DNA of 59,895 bases, filler included, from Sphacelaria rigidula (Eukaryota), in NCBI GenBank assembly GCA_964200075.2. It is 9 parts of 9 records of this genome, joined end to end, with 100 filler letters (N's around TTAATTAATTAA, not from the genome) between each part and the next. Parts side by side here need not be neighbours in the genome. Positions count along the whole stretch, not along the records: positions 20,004 to 26,569 come from CAXNAA020019311.1; positions 26,670 to 33,235 come from CAXNAA020019312.1; positions 33,336 to 39,900 come from CAXNAA020019313.1; 6 more parts are not named here. One strand, written 5' to 3'. Below the pieces are notes generated by a model. That model saw only the letters and a program-made list of their open reading frames with translations, was not told where the DNA came from and made no database searches. The position numbers and the translations under genes are program-made. Positions within the stretch are counted from its first letter, which is position 1. Each line of letters begins with the position of its first letter. This document shows, one piece after another, positions 25,088 to 38,332 of the stretch.

Positions 25088-26249
25088 CTGTTATTATCGA
25101 ATCGCCGCCGTCACCAAACAAAACACTCGTCGACATCAAGCGACCGGTGTCGTGGGGGCGTGAGGGGAGGGGGAGGGAATGATACAACAAACTTGGTATA
25201 AAGTAGTCATACTTGAAACAAAACGTTCTTGATCGAAAGCCACTTTTTCAGGTTTTTCGGTTACCAAATCTTATCACGGTTTCTATTTGATCCTAAGCTT
25301 CGAAGATCGAGAGACATGATCGCCTAATACAATGTTTGAAGAAAAAAGTGTAACTCACGACATATTTTGACCGGCATACGGCCCCACCGGTCTTCGGAGC
25401 TTTTATCAGTGTACAGCCCTTGGTTCTTGCTCTTTAGATTTTCGCTCGACCAAACCGGTCGGGATCGTGACAATAAACAAGTGTGTGCCTTCGATATAAT
25501 AGTTTCTCGATAGTCATCGCGCTAGAGTCGAGGAACCGTGTTTTTGGTCCATATGCAGTCAATATTCCCCCCCCCCCTCCCCCCCGATAAACGGGGTTTT
25601 CCTTGCTATCGTTCCGACAACACTAAGTTGAGAATTGTATCCTGAGCGTGACCTGCTTCATTTCCCAATGTTTATCGACTCCCGAACTCTCCAGTGAAGG
25701 TCACAAATCGTCTGTGATTAGAGAATCCCGATTGACTTAATACCATACTGCAGTTTGACCTTTGTGGGCCATCGTGAAACCGTTCGAGCGTGGCCTAAGG
25801 CCGTCTATTGTCGAGATAAAAACAAAAGACGCGCAGAAGGAAACAAGGGTCCAAATTCAGCAAGTCGATTCGTCGACGCTTCCATACCCCCGCCCAGCGA
25901 GCACTCAATGGGCTGCTTCTGAATGTTTCTGTCGTCACTCCGCTTTTTTGTCGACAACAAAGAGAGGGGGGGGGGAAGGGACTAAGCCCAAAAAAGTACA
26001 TCCATTGGTCGCCGCAATATCACCCTCTCCCCCACGGAAAGTCGCGGCGGCACTCTTTTCAGGTGCCGCAGCGCTATTCGTCTTGCGGTGGCGCTCTTTC
26101 AAACCTACATGTCTTATATATATTCAGGCTACTCGCCGAGACTCTTTTGGGATGTCCGCGACGAGGGGCAACAAAACCAACAGCGCAATGACCTCTGCTG
26201 TGCGGCAAACCAGACACACAACCCGAACCTGAGAGGCATACGCTCAAGT

Positions 26250-26263
26250 GTGTGTGTGGGTGC

Positions 26264-26296
<33 letters not shown>

Positions 26297-26530
26297 TGTG
26301 TTTGTGTGTGTGTTGTCGTCCCATCTATTTTGGACGCAGGTCTACACCTCTTGGTATATGTGGGCACACCAGCCGGGGTCACACAGGAGGAAGACCAATA
26401 CAGCAGCTTTTCTCTTTTGTTTGATTTCATTCGACACCTTCCTTCTGCGGTGCTTGCCTTCATTTTTGATCGCGAGAGGGGTGAAGCAGTCCCTTTCGCT
26501 CGTCGGCCATTAAGTCGAATTTTGTGTACC
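26250..26530 (+). mobile_element. (GT)n-headed SINE-like repeat
   Basis: (GT)n/(GC)n then TGTCGTCCCATCTATTTTGGACG..CCAGCCGGGGTCACACAGGAGGAAG. Confidence 0.7.
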
Positions 26531-26669
26531 CACGACATAGTCGCTCTTCATTGTTGGGCACTTTCTTCANNNNNNNNNNNNNNNNNNNNNNNNNNNNNNN
26601 NNNNNNNNNNNNNTTAATTAATTAANNNNNNNNNNNNNNNNNNNNNNNNNNNNNNNNNNNNNNNNNNNN

Positions 26670-26895
26670 CCCCGGTACGTGCCTTACATTTTGGTCTCGC
26701 GGATAGGGTCAGCGCTCCCGCAACGCGTCAACTCGCGTCACACAGACCCAGTCGACTACTTTGTTTACTTACGTTCTCACGCTTTCCACGCTGGAAATCA
26801 TACGTTACGAAGAAAAAACCCAACGCGTCGGGAATTGAAGCCCCGTTCTTTCCACCCTAATGGCGACAGTCGGACCACTACACCACCGGGGCGCG
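26670..26895 (-). mobile_element. tRNA-derived SINE head
   Basis: Minus strand GGTGTAGTGGT (A-box-like) and GCTTCAATTCCC (B-box-like), followed by a non-tRNA body. Confidence 0.45.
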
Positions 26896-27500
26896 GCGCC
26901 TTTATAGAGCTGGAATACCCGCGATTCATCCCTGAAAATTGAAAATTGAACATTGCACTCTGTCGCATTGTGAGAACAAGTAAAAAAGTGAAAAAAATCC
27001 GCAAGAGCTCAATGAGGTACATGTCGGCGAAAGCTCAAGATATTCACGCAGGAGCCCCACTGGGAAAAAGTGGAGGTCAATTCTGATGGAAGAAAAGAGC
27101 AAGCGCCGCCGACGTGATCAACCCGTCGTGATGTTGCTACGCAAGCTCTGGTATGTATGTAAGGAGACCTTGTCCCCTTTCCGAAGAGCTTCACAGTGGT
27201 CCTTGGCAGAAGACTGTTGTCTCCGACTCGGCTGTACGGCCACGTCTTGCACGAGACGGCGTATGAACCGTAAGGGCAGCAGCCACAAAGGTAAGGTACA
27301 CGAAGCCTGAACGGTGGTTGTTTTCTGTGGTACTGCGAGCGTGGACCGATAAACGGGCCGACTGAAACGACCATGCTGGCAAGATCTGCCGCTGCCTCCG
27401 CCCCGGTTTGATATTGTACTCTCTTTAATTGTAGTAGCAAGTAAAAATGTTCCGAGAGGAGTGGCAGCATCGCGCATAACTAACCCCTTCAACCCATCTA

Positions 27501-28048
27501 CAGTAGTGGGCGGTCTAACCATTCATTTTGTGGCATTTTGTGATTTTTTTGTGATTGGCGATTTTTGTGGGCTCTTTTCGCTTGCCACCGCTCACCACAT
27601 TGGGAATCTGAAGATATTTGTATCCGCTTCACATTCCAAGAAGGAAAATTATGTTTACTCACTAATGAGTGAGTTACGGGCTGACCGGTCATTGGGGGTC
27701 CCGCCACGTTTCAGCCCAGATTTTTACTCCTCGGTATTTTCGGTCGATCCAGCCTGTCTCGATCAAATTTGTGAAGGAATGTACAGTTTTATTTTTTTGA
27801 AATTTCACCTACTCAGGTCACTATCGCCGAAAAACTGTATTTCACGGTCAATAACACCCTCCTGAAAGACGGGGAATCTACTCGTATTGCCCGATAACAC
27901 CAGCTAACACTGGCGTGAGCACTGTGTTTCGAGGATAATCTGTTGATCGTACCAACATCCACCGACGCTAGCAATTTCGAGTTCTATCGACGAGTAGTAC
28001 GCGAGAAACTCCCAAAACACCCGTGAATAGTTAGACCGCCCACTACTG
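27501..28048. mobile_element. Tc1/mariner-like MITE, 548 bp
   Basis: TIR CAGTAGTGGGCGGTCTAAC with TA on both sides; second copy at 55044-55598 in the opposite orientation. Confidence 0.9.
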
Positions 28049-29340
28049 TAGGCCACAAAACGCCGGGTTGCTGATACAGTTGCACCTACCTGTGGCCTCA
28101 ACATACATACACGTGAAGTTTCAGCATCATCAGACATCAGGTGCGCTATGTTTGGACGCCCAACCTTCCAAAATACTGTACCGCCTCCATATAGTTGAAC
28201 GGAACTGACACTATAATAAGTGGGCATGTCTAGAACTGAACGAAGAAGAAAGAAGACGGCTCGTCTAGGAACAAGTACACGCAGTATCGATCCAAAGTGT
28301 ATCCCGATATCCAAAACTGTAGGTACACCGCCATGGTGAACTCGTGGGCAATTCAGGTAGCAAAAAAGAATGCGAACAAGAATCTACACCAAGCACAGCT
28401 TTTCCGGGAAGCGTATGTATAGTTGTTGTCCAGGGGGGGGGTCGTACGCAGGGGCCAGTGCATAACCCTGTCAGCTGGCCGTTACACCCAAAAGCAAAGG
28501 TGGCCGTTACTCTTTTATACTATGCGACAGCTGGAGGGAGTCTCCCACTCCTCCGTCAACAGCTGAATGGCTCGATCCAGGCAGAGACACAGAGGCAGGT
28601 AATGATTTCCTTCGCGCTATTTCAATCTCAACATCATCCCCGCCTATGGTATAGAGATATGCGTGAGCTATCGCGTACAGAGAGCAAGCGTCTATGCAGC
28701 CCGCCGAGCAGACGATCCCATGCAACATGGATGAAGCGTTCATGTGCGGCTACTATTTCCCCCGACAAAGTCGGCGGATAAACTCACCCGCGTTTCTGTT
28801 CATATTCCTGCTGACGGCGATACCAAGTAGCTCTGCCTTGCACCGAGTCTTTACACGAGACCTCCACTCGTGCCTTGCTTTCTTCTGTCATGTATAGATC
28901 TTCGCTGATCTGTCGTTGCCTCGTCAAATTATTGTATTTGACAGCGGTTCAGACCCGCGGTCACTCGGTGGCAATTCCGAGCAGACAAAAATAACACTTC
29001 ACATGGTCAGCTCACGAATAAAACATAGAAAAGTCGAAGTACGGTGAGAGATGAAAGAATATAGCAACCAAGAAAACATTATGTTAATATGACAGCAACT
29101 GAACCCGCGGGCAGAAACGGCAGACGGACCGGGCAGCACCTGATCGGCAAGAACATGATACAAGGGAACGCGTGGCTTGGGTACATCGCATAACCTATTG
29201 TCATGTACTACCCCTCCGGTTCTCGTTGGGCTGGCGCGTGAACCCGCTCACCTGTAGGTGCACAAGCGAGACCGCCCGGGGATCCTGGAACCAGTAGTGC
29301 ATATGGCAGTACACCAGTATCAAATATTGTTGCCACTACT

Positions 29341-29642
29341 ATGAAAAGTAGTACCGGTCCCCCTACTTTTGCTGAACACAACTTGTCCGATCAGGCAAGT
29401 ACCACCAACCGCCTCGGCAAAAAGATACGATCTCAAGCTGCGCAGCTGGCCGACCTCACCGAGAGGCTCATCCAGCAGGAAGCCTACTCCCGGCTTGTCG
29501 AGACACGGCTGTTGGAACTTGATCCTTCGCATGGCTTACCTGTGACACCGCAGCTATTGGAGCGAACCGGAGGTAGCAGGGACGATCGCAGTGCGACTGG
29601 GCTACGAAGATCGGCTCGATCGCAGTCAACGGTCTGTGGAAG
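29341..29642 (+). CDS. Exon of a predicted coiled-coil protein
   Basis: MKSSTG..NRLGKKIRSQAAQLADLTERLIQQEAYSRLVETRLLELDPSHGLPVTP; donor aag|gtcggt, phase 2. Confidence 0.6.
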
Positions 29643-30023
29643 GTCGGTACCGCTGCGAGCCCACGTACTGTGTGCCGTAGTGCTTCGGCCGTGCGGAGCA
29701 GCAAACCCAGGCGTAACGGTTTAATCTAATATTGATAGTGATGGAATGTATCTCTTTTTCTGAGCTGAGCTGATGTTTCCTGCTGTGGTGCAAACGTGGG
29801 CAAACAAGGATCTTCACGACGGTGCTGCAACAACGCGTTTCAAATGACCGATTATACACTTGCTGCAGAAACACATCCCGGGATGAGTATGTTTCGTTGC
29901 GGAGGCCGCGCGCAAATCGATCACTAGTCACCAGGTGATACTTGGGCTCACATTGAGACAGTGGAGTTCACGCTCATGCCATGTCGATGATACCACTCTC
30001 ATCCACAATTGCCTCTACTGCAG

Positions 30024-30167
30024 GTGTGGGAGTAACGGTAACAATTCTCCAGTATATCAAAGGGAGGGCGAAATAAGGGAGCTGCGGCGCGGGAACGAGA
30101 CCGCACAGGAACGGCTTAGGGACGCGGCTCAGCTGATTAGGCAGTTGAGGGAAGCACTTAAGACAAG
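30024..30167 (+). CDS. Next exon of the same coiled-coil protein
   Basis: ctgcag| acceptor, |gtatgc donor, phase 2 to 2: CGSNGNNSPVYQREGEIRELRRGNETAQERLRDAAQLIRQLREALKT. Confidence 0.65.
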
Positions 30168-30602
30168 GTATGCCAAACAACGTGTAGGGGAACCGAAAAA
30201 CCGTAGACCTCTACAGGTAATAAAGTACAAGTACTCGACTTCGATTGTGCGGGTGGGACCTATTTACTTCCAAGTAGTAGTTAGTCGTATGCCATTTTTT
30301 TGTACCGTAGTTGGATTCGATCAATACGCAGTTTCGTCTCTAGTCGAACCGCCAGAAGAAGCAGTAGACCTAAAGAAATGTTCGTACACAATGGTTGATA
30401 CTCGATTTTACTTCATTTCAGAATAAAGGAAGTCCCGAGGAAAATTATGTTTTAGGGCAGGTGAGCAGTAGACCCAGCTCTACCAGGACTTGTTTTCTTC
30501 CATAATCGGCGCCTGGGCGTCGACTTGAGCCCTGCCAACACACACTTTGCCTAGGGCACACCTTGCACCTCCCTTGCCCGAGGGTCCTCGTATGCAGTGT
30601 GT

Positions 30603-30633
30603 CAGGGTTGGGGTTCGGGTTAGCGTTAGGGTT
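30603..30633. repeat. Degenerate interstitial TTAGGG-like tract
   Basis: CAGGGTTGGGGTTCGGGTTAGCGTTAGGGTT. Confidence 0.5.
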
Positions 30634-30966
30634 GACGGCACCTCCATAGTACCAACCATCGTGTACGAACATTTCTTGAGGTCTCCTCAGGAAAAGAGCC
30701 CTCAACCAACGATCAGACACTACCGGCTACCCTCGTGCTTTACAAAACTTCGTCAAAGCTGTTACGAAGGGACCGTACAAAACAACGTGAAGGATCCAGG
30801 ACCCCCGAAATTCTAAAAACTTCACTTTGGCCGAGGCCGAGGCCGAGGCCGAGGGGGAGGGGGAGGGGGGGTGGCTACCCAATTGCGAGGAGGGGTACCC
30901 CCCATTACAATGGATCATGTCGATAGTATGTACTATACAGTAACAGCCGTTATGAGTGTGAATGGG

Positions 30967-31169
30967 GGCCCTAGCGACCAAAAAATCGTGGGCAAAAAAT
31001 TAAAAAAAAAACACGGAGAGATAATGAAGATGCCATAGACTGTTCGGACCTGTGCCGAATAGAACACACGCTCCATCCCAAGTTACCTAGGTTTAGAATG
31101 CGACAGCTGTAATTTTTTCGTCGCGTCGTTCTTGAAACAGGAAGCAAACCGGCCGGTTGCACTTCACAG

Positions 31170-31204
<35 letters not shown>

Positions 31205-31690
31205 ACAAACCACTTTTTGTGGGGGGGTGCGTTTTTTTCGCCCCNNNNNNNNNNGCGAAAGCTTTATTTTTTTCTCCGCGCCGTTCTTAAAACCGGAAGC
31301 AAACCGCCCGGTGGTCCTTCCCAGCCCCCCCCCCCCCCCGCACACACACTATTATAGAACTAGTCGTTGTTGGGGCGAATTTGCTCAATTCGCCACAGCG
31401 GACCCGAGAAGCCCCCAAAACTTTAAAGGAAACGCGTTTTAAAGTTCGTTTTGGGTTTGGCGCAGCGGTTTGCAGGGTGCTGCGACCTCTGCGGCACGCG
31501 CTACGAAATTCTGTCGCCACACTGACTAGTTCTGGTGTGTGGGAAGCGCACGCATCAAACCGCAGTCCAATCCTTTGCTTCGTTGCCGAGAAAACCGCAT
31601 TGCGAGATCGACACAACAACATACTGCAACAAGAGGGGCACAACAACACGAGCAGCAATTTCTATCATCCTGTTGTTGTAATCCTGTGTA
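30967..31690 (+). repeat. Dispersed repeat, homologous to 45462-46045
   Basis: Shared GACTGTTCGGACCTGTGCCGAA, CATCCCAAGTTACCT, GCGAATTTGCTCAATTCGCCACAG and CACAACAACATACTGCAACAAGAGGGG. Confidence 0.75.
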
Positions 31691-33559
31691 CAGGTGTGCA
31701 GCAACGTCAGTCACAGGTTTGTTGTAGAATGTACTATAATAATAGTACATATTGTTCGAGCGTGGTCGTCATTTCGAGGTGACGCGTGTACTTGTGATTG
31801 ATAGTGATTGGCTCTTGTAAGCCTCATTTCCTCTCCATCCAACTGACTGTACTTGGTCGGGGTCCATTTTCCCGATATATAGTGCCCGAAATCGGGCGTC
31901 ATCCACACCCATAACTGCATGCACGCGCTTTGCTGCGCTGCTACACAAGGTTGGCGTTAGGACTCTCTTGACAGCAATGTCGAACATCCGCAGTGCCGTT
32001 CACACACTAGACTTTGCTTCGCCATCCCGGCGCACGCGAGATGTCGTCAGGGGTTGATGATCTATTGTCATCGAGCGTGCTCTCGAAAACCTAAAGCACA
32101 GACAGTACTCACCTCAGCCAGTACGGTAAAGTACTGTGCTTCCTCATGCCGTATGTTGTAGGTGTGAGTTTGTACAAAACAGTACAGAAGTACACAGCGG
32201 CTGTAGTAAAAATGATGCGGACGACGTAGGACATGTGGACAACGTGCAATACAAACAACACTAGGTAGTACTGTACTACTGTCTGTACTGCCGCAGTAAA
32301 CACTAGGGTGTAGATGTCAGGTTGCACCCAACGGCTGCTGAAAATGATCTGGACAACGGGCAGTGCAGGCAGTACTAGGCTTGTACTGCCGCTGTCAACG
32401 GTAAGATGCAAATGTTAGTTTGCCAGTAGTGTACAATGACTGCACTAAATATGTAGACAACGTGCAGTGCGGACAGTCCTGAGCAGTCCAGTACCGCCTG
32501 TGCTACCACATACGGCAGTATAATATGTAGATGTCTGTTTGCAGACAGTATTATTCAAGGACTGCTCCAAAAATGTTGTGGAGAAGCGCAGTACAGACGA
32601 TAATAGGCAGTGCAGTACTGTCTGTACTGCCGCGTAAGGCAGTGCAGGATGAAGGTGTCAGTTTGCACACAGTACGAGCGAGGCCAGCAGCGATCGGGGA
32701 AGGTCTATGTTAAACGCCTCCTTACAACAAAACAAGAAGCTTGGTATGGCGAAGTTTTTGAGTCTTTCTACCCCGCCTTGGCGTGCACACCCCTTTGAAT
32801 TACTTTTGGTACCTCGCCACTCTTTTGGTACCCCCTTCCCCCCTCAAACATATATCTGGAACCGTAAGATAAAGCCAACATTTCATCACCTCTGATTGTA
32901 TTTTCCCACGTAGCGGTACTTTTTCGTCGTATGGGAAAATAAGAAACGGCCTGAGACCTTGGTTCACCCCTTCTAACCCAAAAGTCATTATCCAATGATC
33001 AGCACGACTGAAATGTGTCATCAGCCAACGGGTGAATTCCCTCCGCTACGACCGCCCAGAACAAGGCACACACCAAAACTCCTCGGTTTTGGGCTAGTCA
33101 CGCACAGGCCAACCCTGGGTGGTGAAGGTGGCATCCAATTCCTTATACTGGTGGAGAAACAGGGATGAAACAGAGGAAGAAGGTGCTTGGGACCCTATTT
33201 CTTTACTCTCGAAGTCGCCGAGGGGGGGGGGGGGGNNNNNNNNNNNNNNNNNNNNNNNNNNNNNNNNNNNNNNNNNNNNTTAATTAATTAANNNNNNNNN
33301 NNNNNNNNNNNNNNNNNNNNNNNNNNNNNNNNNNNACAAGCATTACCTGATTTCACAGTATCACAGTATTTCCGCTTCCATTCCGCTAGACATTTCGCTT
33401 CAGAAGATTTCTTTTGCATAGTATTTTCATCCATTTCATATCCATAACCGTTCCGCCGTTTTTCCACCGCACACAGGCCTCCCAATCGCTCCGCTTTTTT
33501 GGTCGGAATCCCAGAACGTTCCCAGGAGCTCTGAGAACCGAGCATCTCCCCTTACTCAA

Positions 33560-33651
33560 CCCCTAGACCGCGAGGTTAATCTTCTGTTGAATCGGCATCA
33601 ATTTCAAGTGAAAAAAAGTATGCATGATCCAGAAGGACTAATCTCGCGGTC
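33560..33651. mobile_element. piggyBac-like micro-MITE with a decayed right end
   Basis: TCAA|CCCCTAGACCGCGAGGTTA..TAATCTCGCGGTC; reverse copy of 42027-42124. Confidence 0.7.
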
Positions 33652-33869
33652 AAAACAAAACATCATTAAGCCTCTTCTCCTTACCCTGCCCCCGGGACAC
33701 GGGTCTCCATATTATGCACACAGCGCAATATACTGCACTTGAAGCTGTGATCTGTTCCGTCGCCTAATGCGAGCAACGATGACCGGTCCTCATGTACCTT
33801 GGCTATCGATCTCATTGAGCGTTGCGGCGGAAGCCGCCAAACCCCTTGTATATATATATATATTATCAT

Positions 33870-35350
33870 GTAAGCAACCGGTACACATATTGGCGGCCAA
33901 ATCAAGGATGCCTGCTATCGCCCAAAGGCTCGCCAAAGCTCTTCCGTCAGCGTACAATATACGCCGCAAGGGAAATAAAACATCTTGCGTGTCATGGAAT
34001 ATCAACCGGTGTATGAAGCCTTTCACGATGGACAGGGGTGGGGTGCACATACACTCACGCAGAGACGCCCGCGGCTTATCGCGTGGCCCAACCTACGACA
34101 CACCCGCAGACACGACCGAATTGCCGGGCGCCACAGAGTAACAATCGGTTTATGAGAAACCAGCTCTATACGTCTGCACTCTGCTATAACTCGACGCAAA
34201 CAATATCGAGCGCCCGCTGCCGGCATTTAGCAGACGCATTTACAACTGACGTGGAAAACCATGCGCCGTTTTCAGCGCATAGTCGTATGAAATTTAATTC
34301 ATGAGCCTTACCAGTGCATATACCCAGGACCTGTAACGGGAACAAAAGTGGTCACGCGAACCCCGACCACATTTCTGCGGGTGGCGTACAACAATATGCC
34401 CAGAAAGACATATATGCCATGTTTCGCACATCGTACATTATCCACTGGTTTATGAAACCAAACAATAGACACGACGAAGGCCATGAGCCGGGATGCATGC
34501 ACCCACGCGAACCCTCGCGACAGGGCTTCACAGAGTAACAGCCGGTTCATGGGACCCGCTGTTACTAGTACATTTTTTCATTAACCGACACAAAAATACC
34601 CTCGCCCGCACGCTACCTATATCCCGCGGGCGTCCACGAATAAAATTGATAGCAATGACACTGCTTTTGCACATCATCGAATAACAACCGATGATTCATG
34701 ACAGCAACCAGTACACATAATAGCGGTCAATATCCAGGATGCATACTGTCGTCCAAACGCTCACTACACCTCTGCCGTGAACGTGCAACATACGTCGCAA
34801 GAGAAATAAAACATCTTGCGCGTCGTGGAATATCAACCGGTGTATGAAGCCTTTCACAATGGACCGGGATGGGGTGCACAGACACTCACGCAGAGACGCC
34901 CACGGCTTATCGCGCGGCCCAACCTACGACACACCCGCAGACACAACCGAATTGCCGGGCGTCATAGAGTAACAAACGGTTTATGAAACCAGCTCTATAC
35001 GTCTGCACTCTGCTATAACTCGACGCAAACAATATCGAGCGCCCGCTGCCGGCATTTAGCGGATTCATCAACATTTGACACGGAACCCCATGCGCCGTTT
35101 TCAGCGCATTATCGTATGAAGGCCAACTCATGAGCCTTACCAGTGCACATACTCGGGACCTGTAACCAAAATGAAAGTGGTCACGCGAACGCTGACCGCA
35201 TTTCTGCGGTCTGTGTACAACAATATGCCCAGAAAGATATATGTTACGACCTGCACGTCGCATAGTATTCGCCGGTTTATGAAACCAAGCAAAACACAGA
35301 CGAAGTCCATGAGCCGGGATGCATACACCCGCGCGAACGCTCATGACACA
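33870..35350. repeat. Two ~650-bp direct repeats (about 33870-34520 and 34700-35350), period ~830 bp
   Basis: Long near-identical runs such as GGAATATCAACCGGTGTATGAAGCCTTTCAC and AGCTCTATACGTCTGCACTCTGCTATAACTCGACGCAAACAATATCGAGCGCCCGCTGCCGGCATTTAGC. Confidence 0.9.
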
Positions 35351-37077
35351 TCGCGGCCCCACCTTTACAGCAAACCTAGAAAGCAATCTCATGTGTATCA
35401 TGGACTGACGGCCGCTTTACAAAACCACTCAATAGGCGTTACGAATCTCGCGAATCGAGGCGGATGAACGGGCGCTAACGATGCTCTCATCTCCTACAGA
35501 TTGATTGACTTCCAGCAGCAGCACTGGTTTTAGGTACAGAAGAGAAATGCGACATTTTCCCAAATGGTGTTCAGAAGTTTGTGTAGCGCGAGGGTGGGCG
35601 CTCACAATACCGGCATAGTTCAACCCGCCGACGACATCATACCTTCAAACCCCTGATCAAGAACTCCCCGGTGGCCCAAGCTTATGTTACCACCGTTCCG
35701 ATCGTCGGCGCGACTGTGTTTTTCTCCCTGTTTCACGAGAGAGACGCCGCACATGCCCATATTCACACATACAGCATGTCTGCAGTGACACTTCACCCGT
35801 TGCTCACGTGCATGACGTAGGACCTGGTTTCACAAACCAGTCATATGCAACACAGCAGGCCCTCTAGAAAACGTCACATGATTGGATGGATGTTGTATGA
35901 TACCTTCGTTGCTATCGTCGGGTTCGTGTTTTCGGTCAATAGTTTCGTGAACATCTGCGAGCACAGACTCCCGTGAGTACGGTACTACTCCCTGCGACAT
36001 ATGATAACTGTAGGCGCGTATGCCCGTGATGGACTCTATCACGCATGTGTGCTGCCGATGACAGAAACCGGGGATGAGTTCGGCGATCGGGATTCTGGTG
36101 CCCATTATCCAACAGGCGTGGTTGAGAGCCGACGTGACAACTCCGGAGCAACTGAGCACTGTGTCGGGGGACAAACGTTGGAGCGCGAAGGTACGGGAGA
36201 GTACGACGACAACCAACAGCAAGAAGAAGGCAGAGGCGAAAAATATCTGGCGTGGGCTTAGTACCTACGCCAAAGAATATTTGGTAAAAATATCCTGACG
36301 TCTTCAGGAAAATCTGCTGATGAGCTCCCCTCCCAAAGACTTCAGTACCTCGTCACGCTGGTATACGCGATGGCTCTGCACGACGACTGGCCGCTCGCGG
36401 ATATCCTGATGCAGCGCTTCACATATGAAGAAGAGGCAGGAATGAAGCATGTGGGTGACTCTTCAGCGCTAGTGAATGCAGTAACTTAAGATCTAGTACG
36501 GATGAGATACACACCTGGAAATATATGCGTTTTCATATCAACACGCCGACGCGCGATGACAATTCCTGTCCATCGACACACTGCTGAACCAACCGAGCCG
36601 TGTGAAGTATGTGTGATGTCTTCCCGCTGATATCTACACCGGTACCTCGCGATACATGTCCCCTGCAGTCACAATGTGATATCGCCTCGCCTTTGATCCT
36701 AACGTGCGTTCAACCCCGCAGAATGGCCGAGGTGCATCGCTGCTTAACCTCCCCGCCTACAGCTTCTTCTTCGGCCTCGATAGGCGCTGCTTATGCGACG
36801 CCACCCTACATTCCCTCATCAGTGACGAAGGCATGAATACACGGATGACGAATTTCGTCCGTCAGTAAAGGCATTGCACCTCGCACATGACGTGGCGTCC
36901 AAGTTCTGCGAGGGAAACCACTGCGGCACGGAATCGTTGGAGAAGTTGACGGAAATCGCCGAGAAATTGAAGTGGGAACTGAGGAGAGAGGTAAAGGCCT
37001 CAGGGGACCCGTCTTCACCCCATCAAGATGGCGGGGGGCACTGAGGGGGGAAAGTCGCCATTCTATGAAGATGGAGA

Positions 37078-37290
37078 CTGTAATGCGTGAGAGAACCGCG
37101 TGGTTAGAGGAGCGCACCGGAATTTGAACATTCCTATGGTGAGGGTTAGAGTTAGACTTAGGGTTAGGGATATGGTCGGGGGCGTGGTACCTGCAGGGAC
37201 TGGCCCGATTGGTTTTGACAAATGTCCATCCTGAGGTGTTTTTGACTACCGCGCGATCCTCTAAGCACGCAATCCTCTCGCGCATTACAG
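37078..37290. mobile_element. 213-bp MITE with ~33-bp TIRs and an internal TTAGGG-like tract
   Basis: CTGTAATGCGTGAGAGAACCGCGTGGTTAGAGGA / TCCTCTAAGCACGCAATCCTCTCGCGCATTACAG; AGA on both sides; removal restores ..FYEDG|DVEADIV.. Confidence 0.8.
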
Positions 37291-38332
37291 AGACGTCGAG
37301 GCGGACATCGTTGCCGATCGTGACAACAGAAAAATAGCCCTGGTAAAATGGCGGTAGCGTCAAATGGCCTCCGCAAAGGCAGCCACGAGGTGGGTATACT
37401 CGGCCGACGCCCGCGCGGCGATCGCATCTCACTCCTATACGCTCATCGACCACCGTCTGTACGCGAGGGACACACAGCAGAGTGGGGACGTGTTTGACTG
37501 GATGGATACCGTATATCACAAGGTTTTCCAGGGTTCTCTGGTGGGGGTGAGGTCCGTGAACTTCCTCAGAGCCCAGGGCCGGCTGGTGAAGAAAACTCCC
37601 CGATGCAGCAATAAGTCGAAGTTCGACATCGGGTTGCAGCAGTTGCCACACGTGTCCATGTGCTCACATCTGTTCAACTTCGACGCGATCATCGTCTACG
37701 AGTTTGTGAGTACATCCGCAGTTGTCAGACAGCAAAGTACCGTGAAGCTGTGCTTGTCCGCCAGGTGGGAACGACTCCTACTCGGTAGCTTTAAAACGTT
37801 ACACAAACCATTGGTCGGTTAACACGCGAACGTTACCGATGGCGTTGACATCCTAGAAGCGAGGGTGTGTGTGTCTTTCGACACCTGGCACCGTCGAAAA
37901 GGTGCATGCTTCGAAAGAAATACCAGATCTTTGGGAAATGATCAAGATACCTTTTACATTCACTACTCGCCCCCACAAAGCTGACCCCCCTTCCTCTTCC
38001 CCCGTCCTCGCCATAATGGGCGCCCTCGGGATTATCCGTCTGGCGTCCCCATGCTTATTTCTCTCGACGTCCGCTGCCCCTTCTACACAGCTGACGGGAA
38101 AGGTAACTGAAAGCGACCACATCAAGACAGCAACTCGGCGAAAGCTCCTGATATTCTCCACCGTCCTGGGATTGATGCACACGCAGCACGTGGCTGTCCT
38201 TCTTGACGACGTCACCGAAGACTTTAAAGCCGTCGTTGGACGCTTGAAGCGGGAAGAGTACGCCCACGAATTCAAAGAGATCCTACTCAGCATCCGTCCC
38301 GAACATATATTGACTACGGACGGAGAATATTT

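Noticed and set aside
26820..26895. Functional tRNA gene
   Set aside because: Only degenerate A/B boxes; no clean cloverleaf; better explained as a SINE head
27051..27291. Possible exons (SPTGKKWRSILMEEKSKRRRRDQ..) and 28563-28598
   Set aside because: Splice-like sites exist but I could not build a consistent gene model
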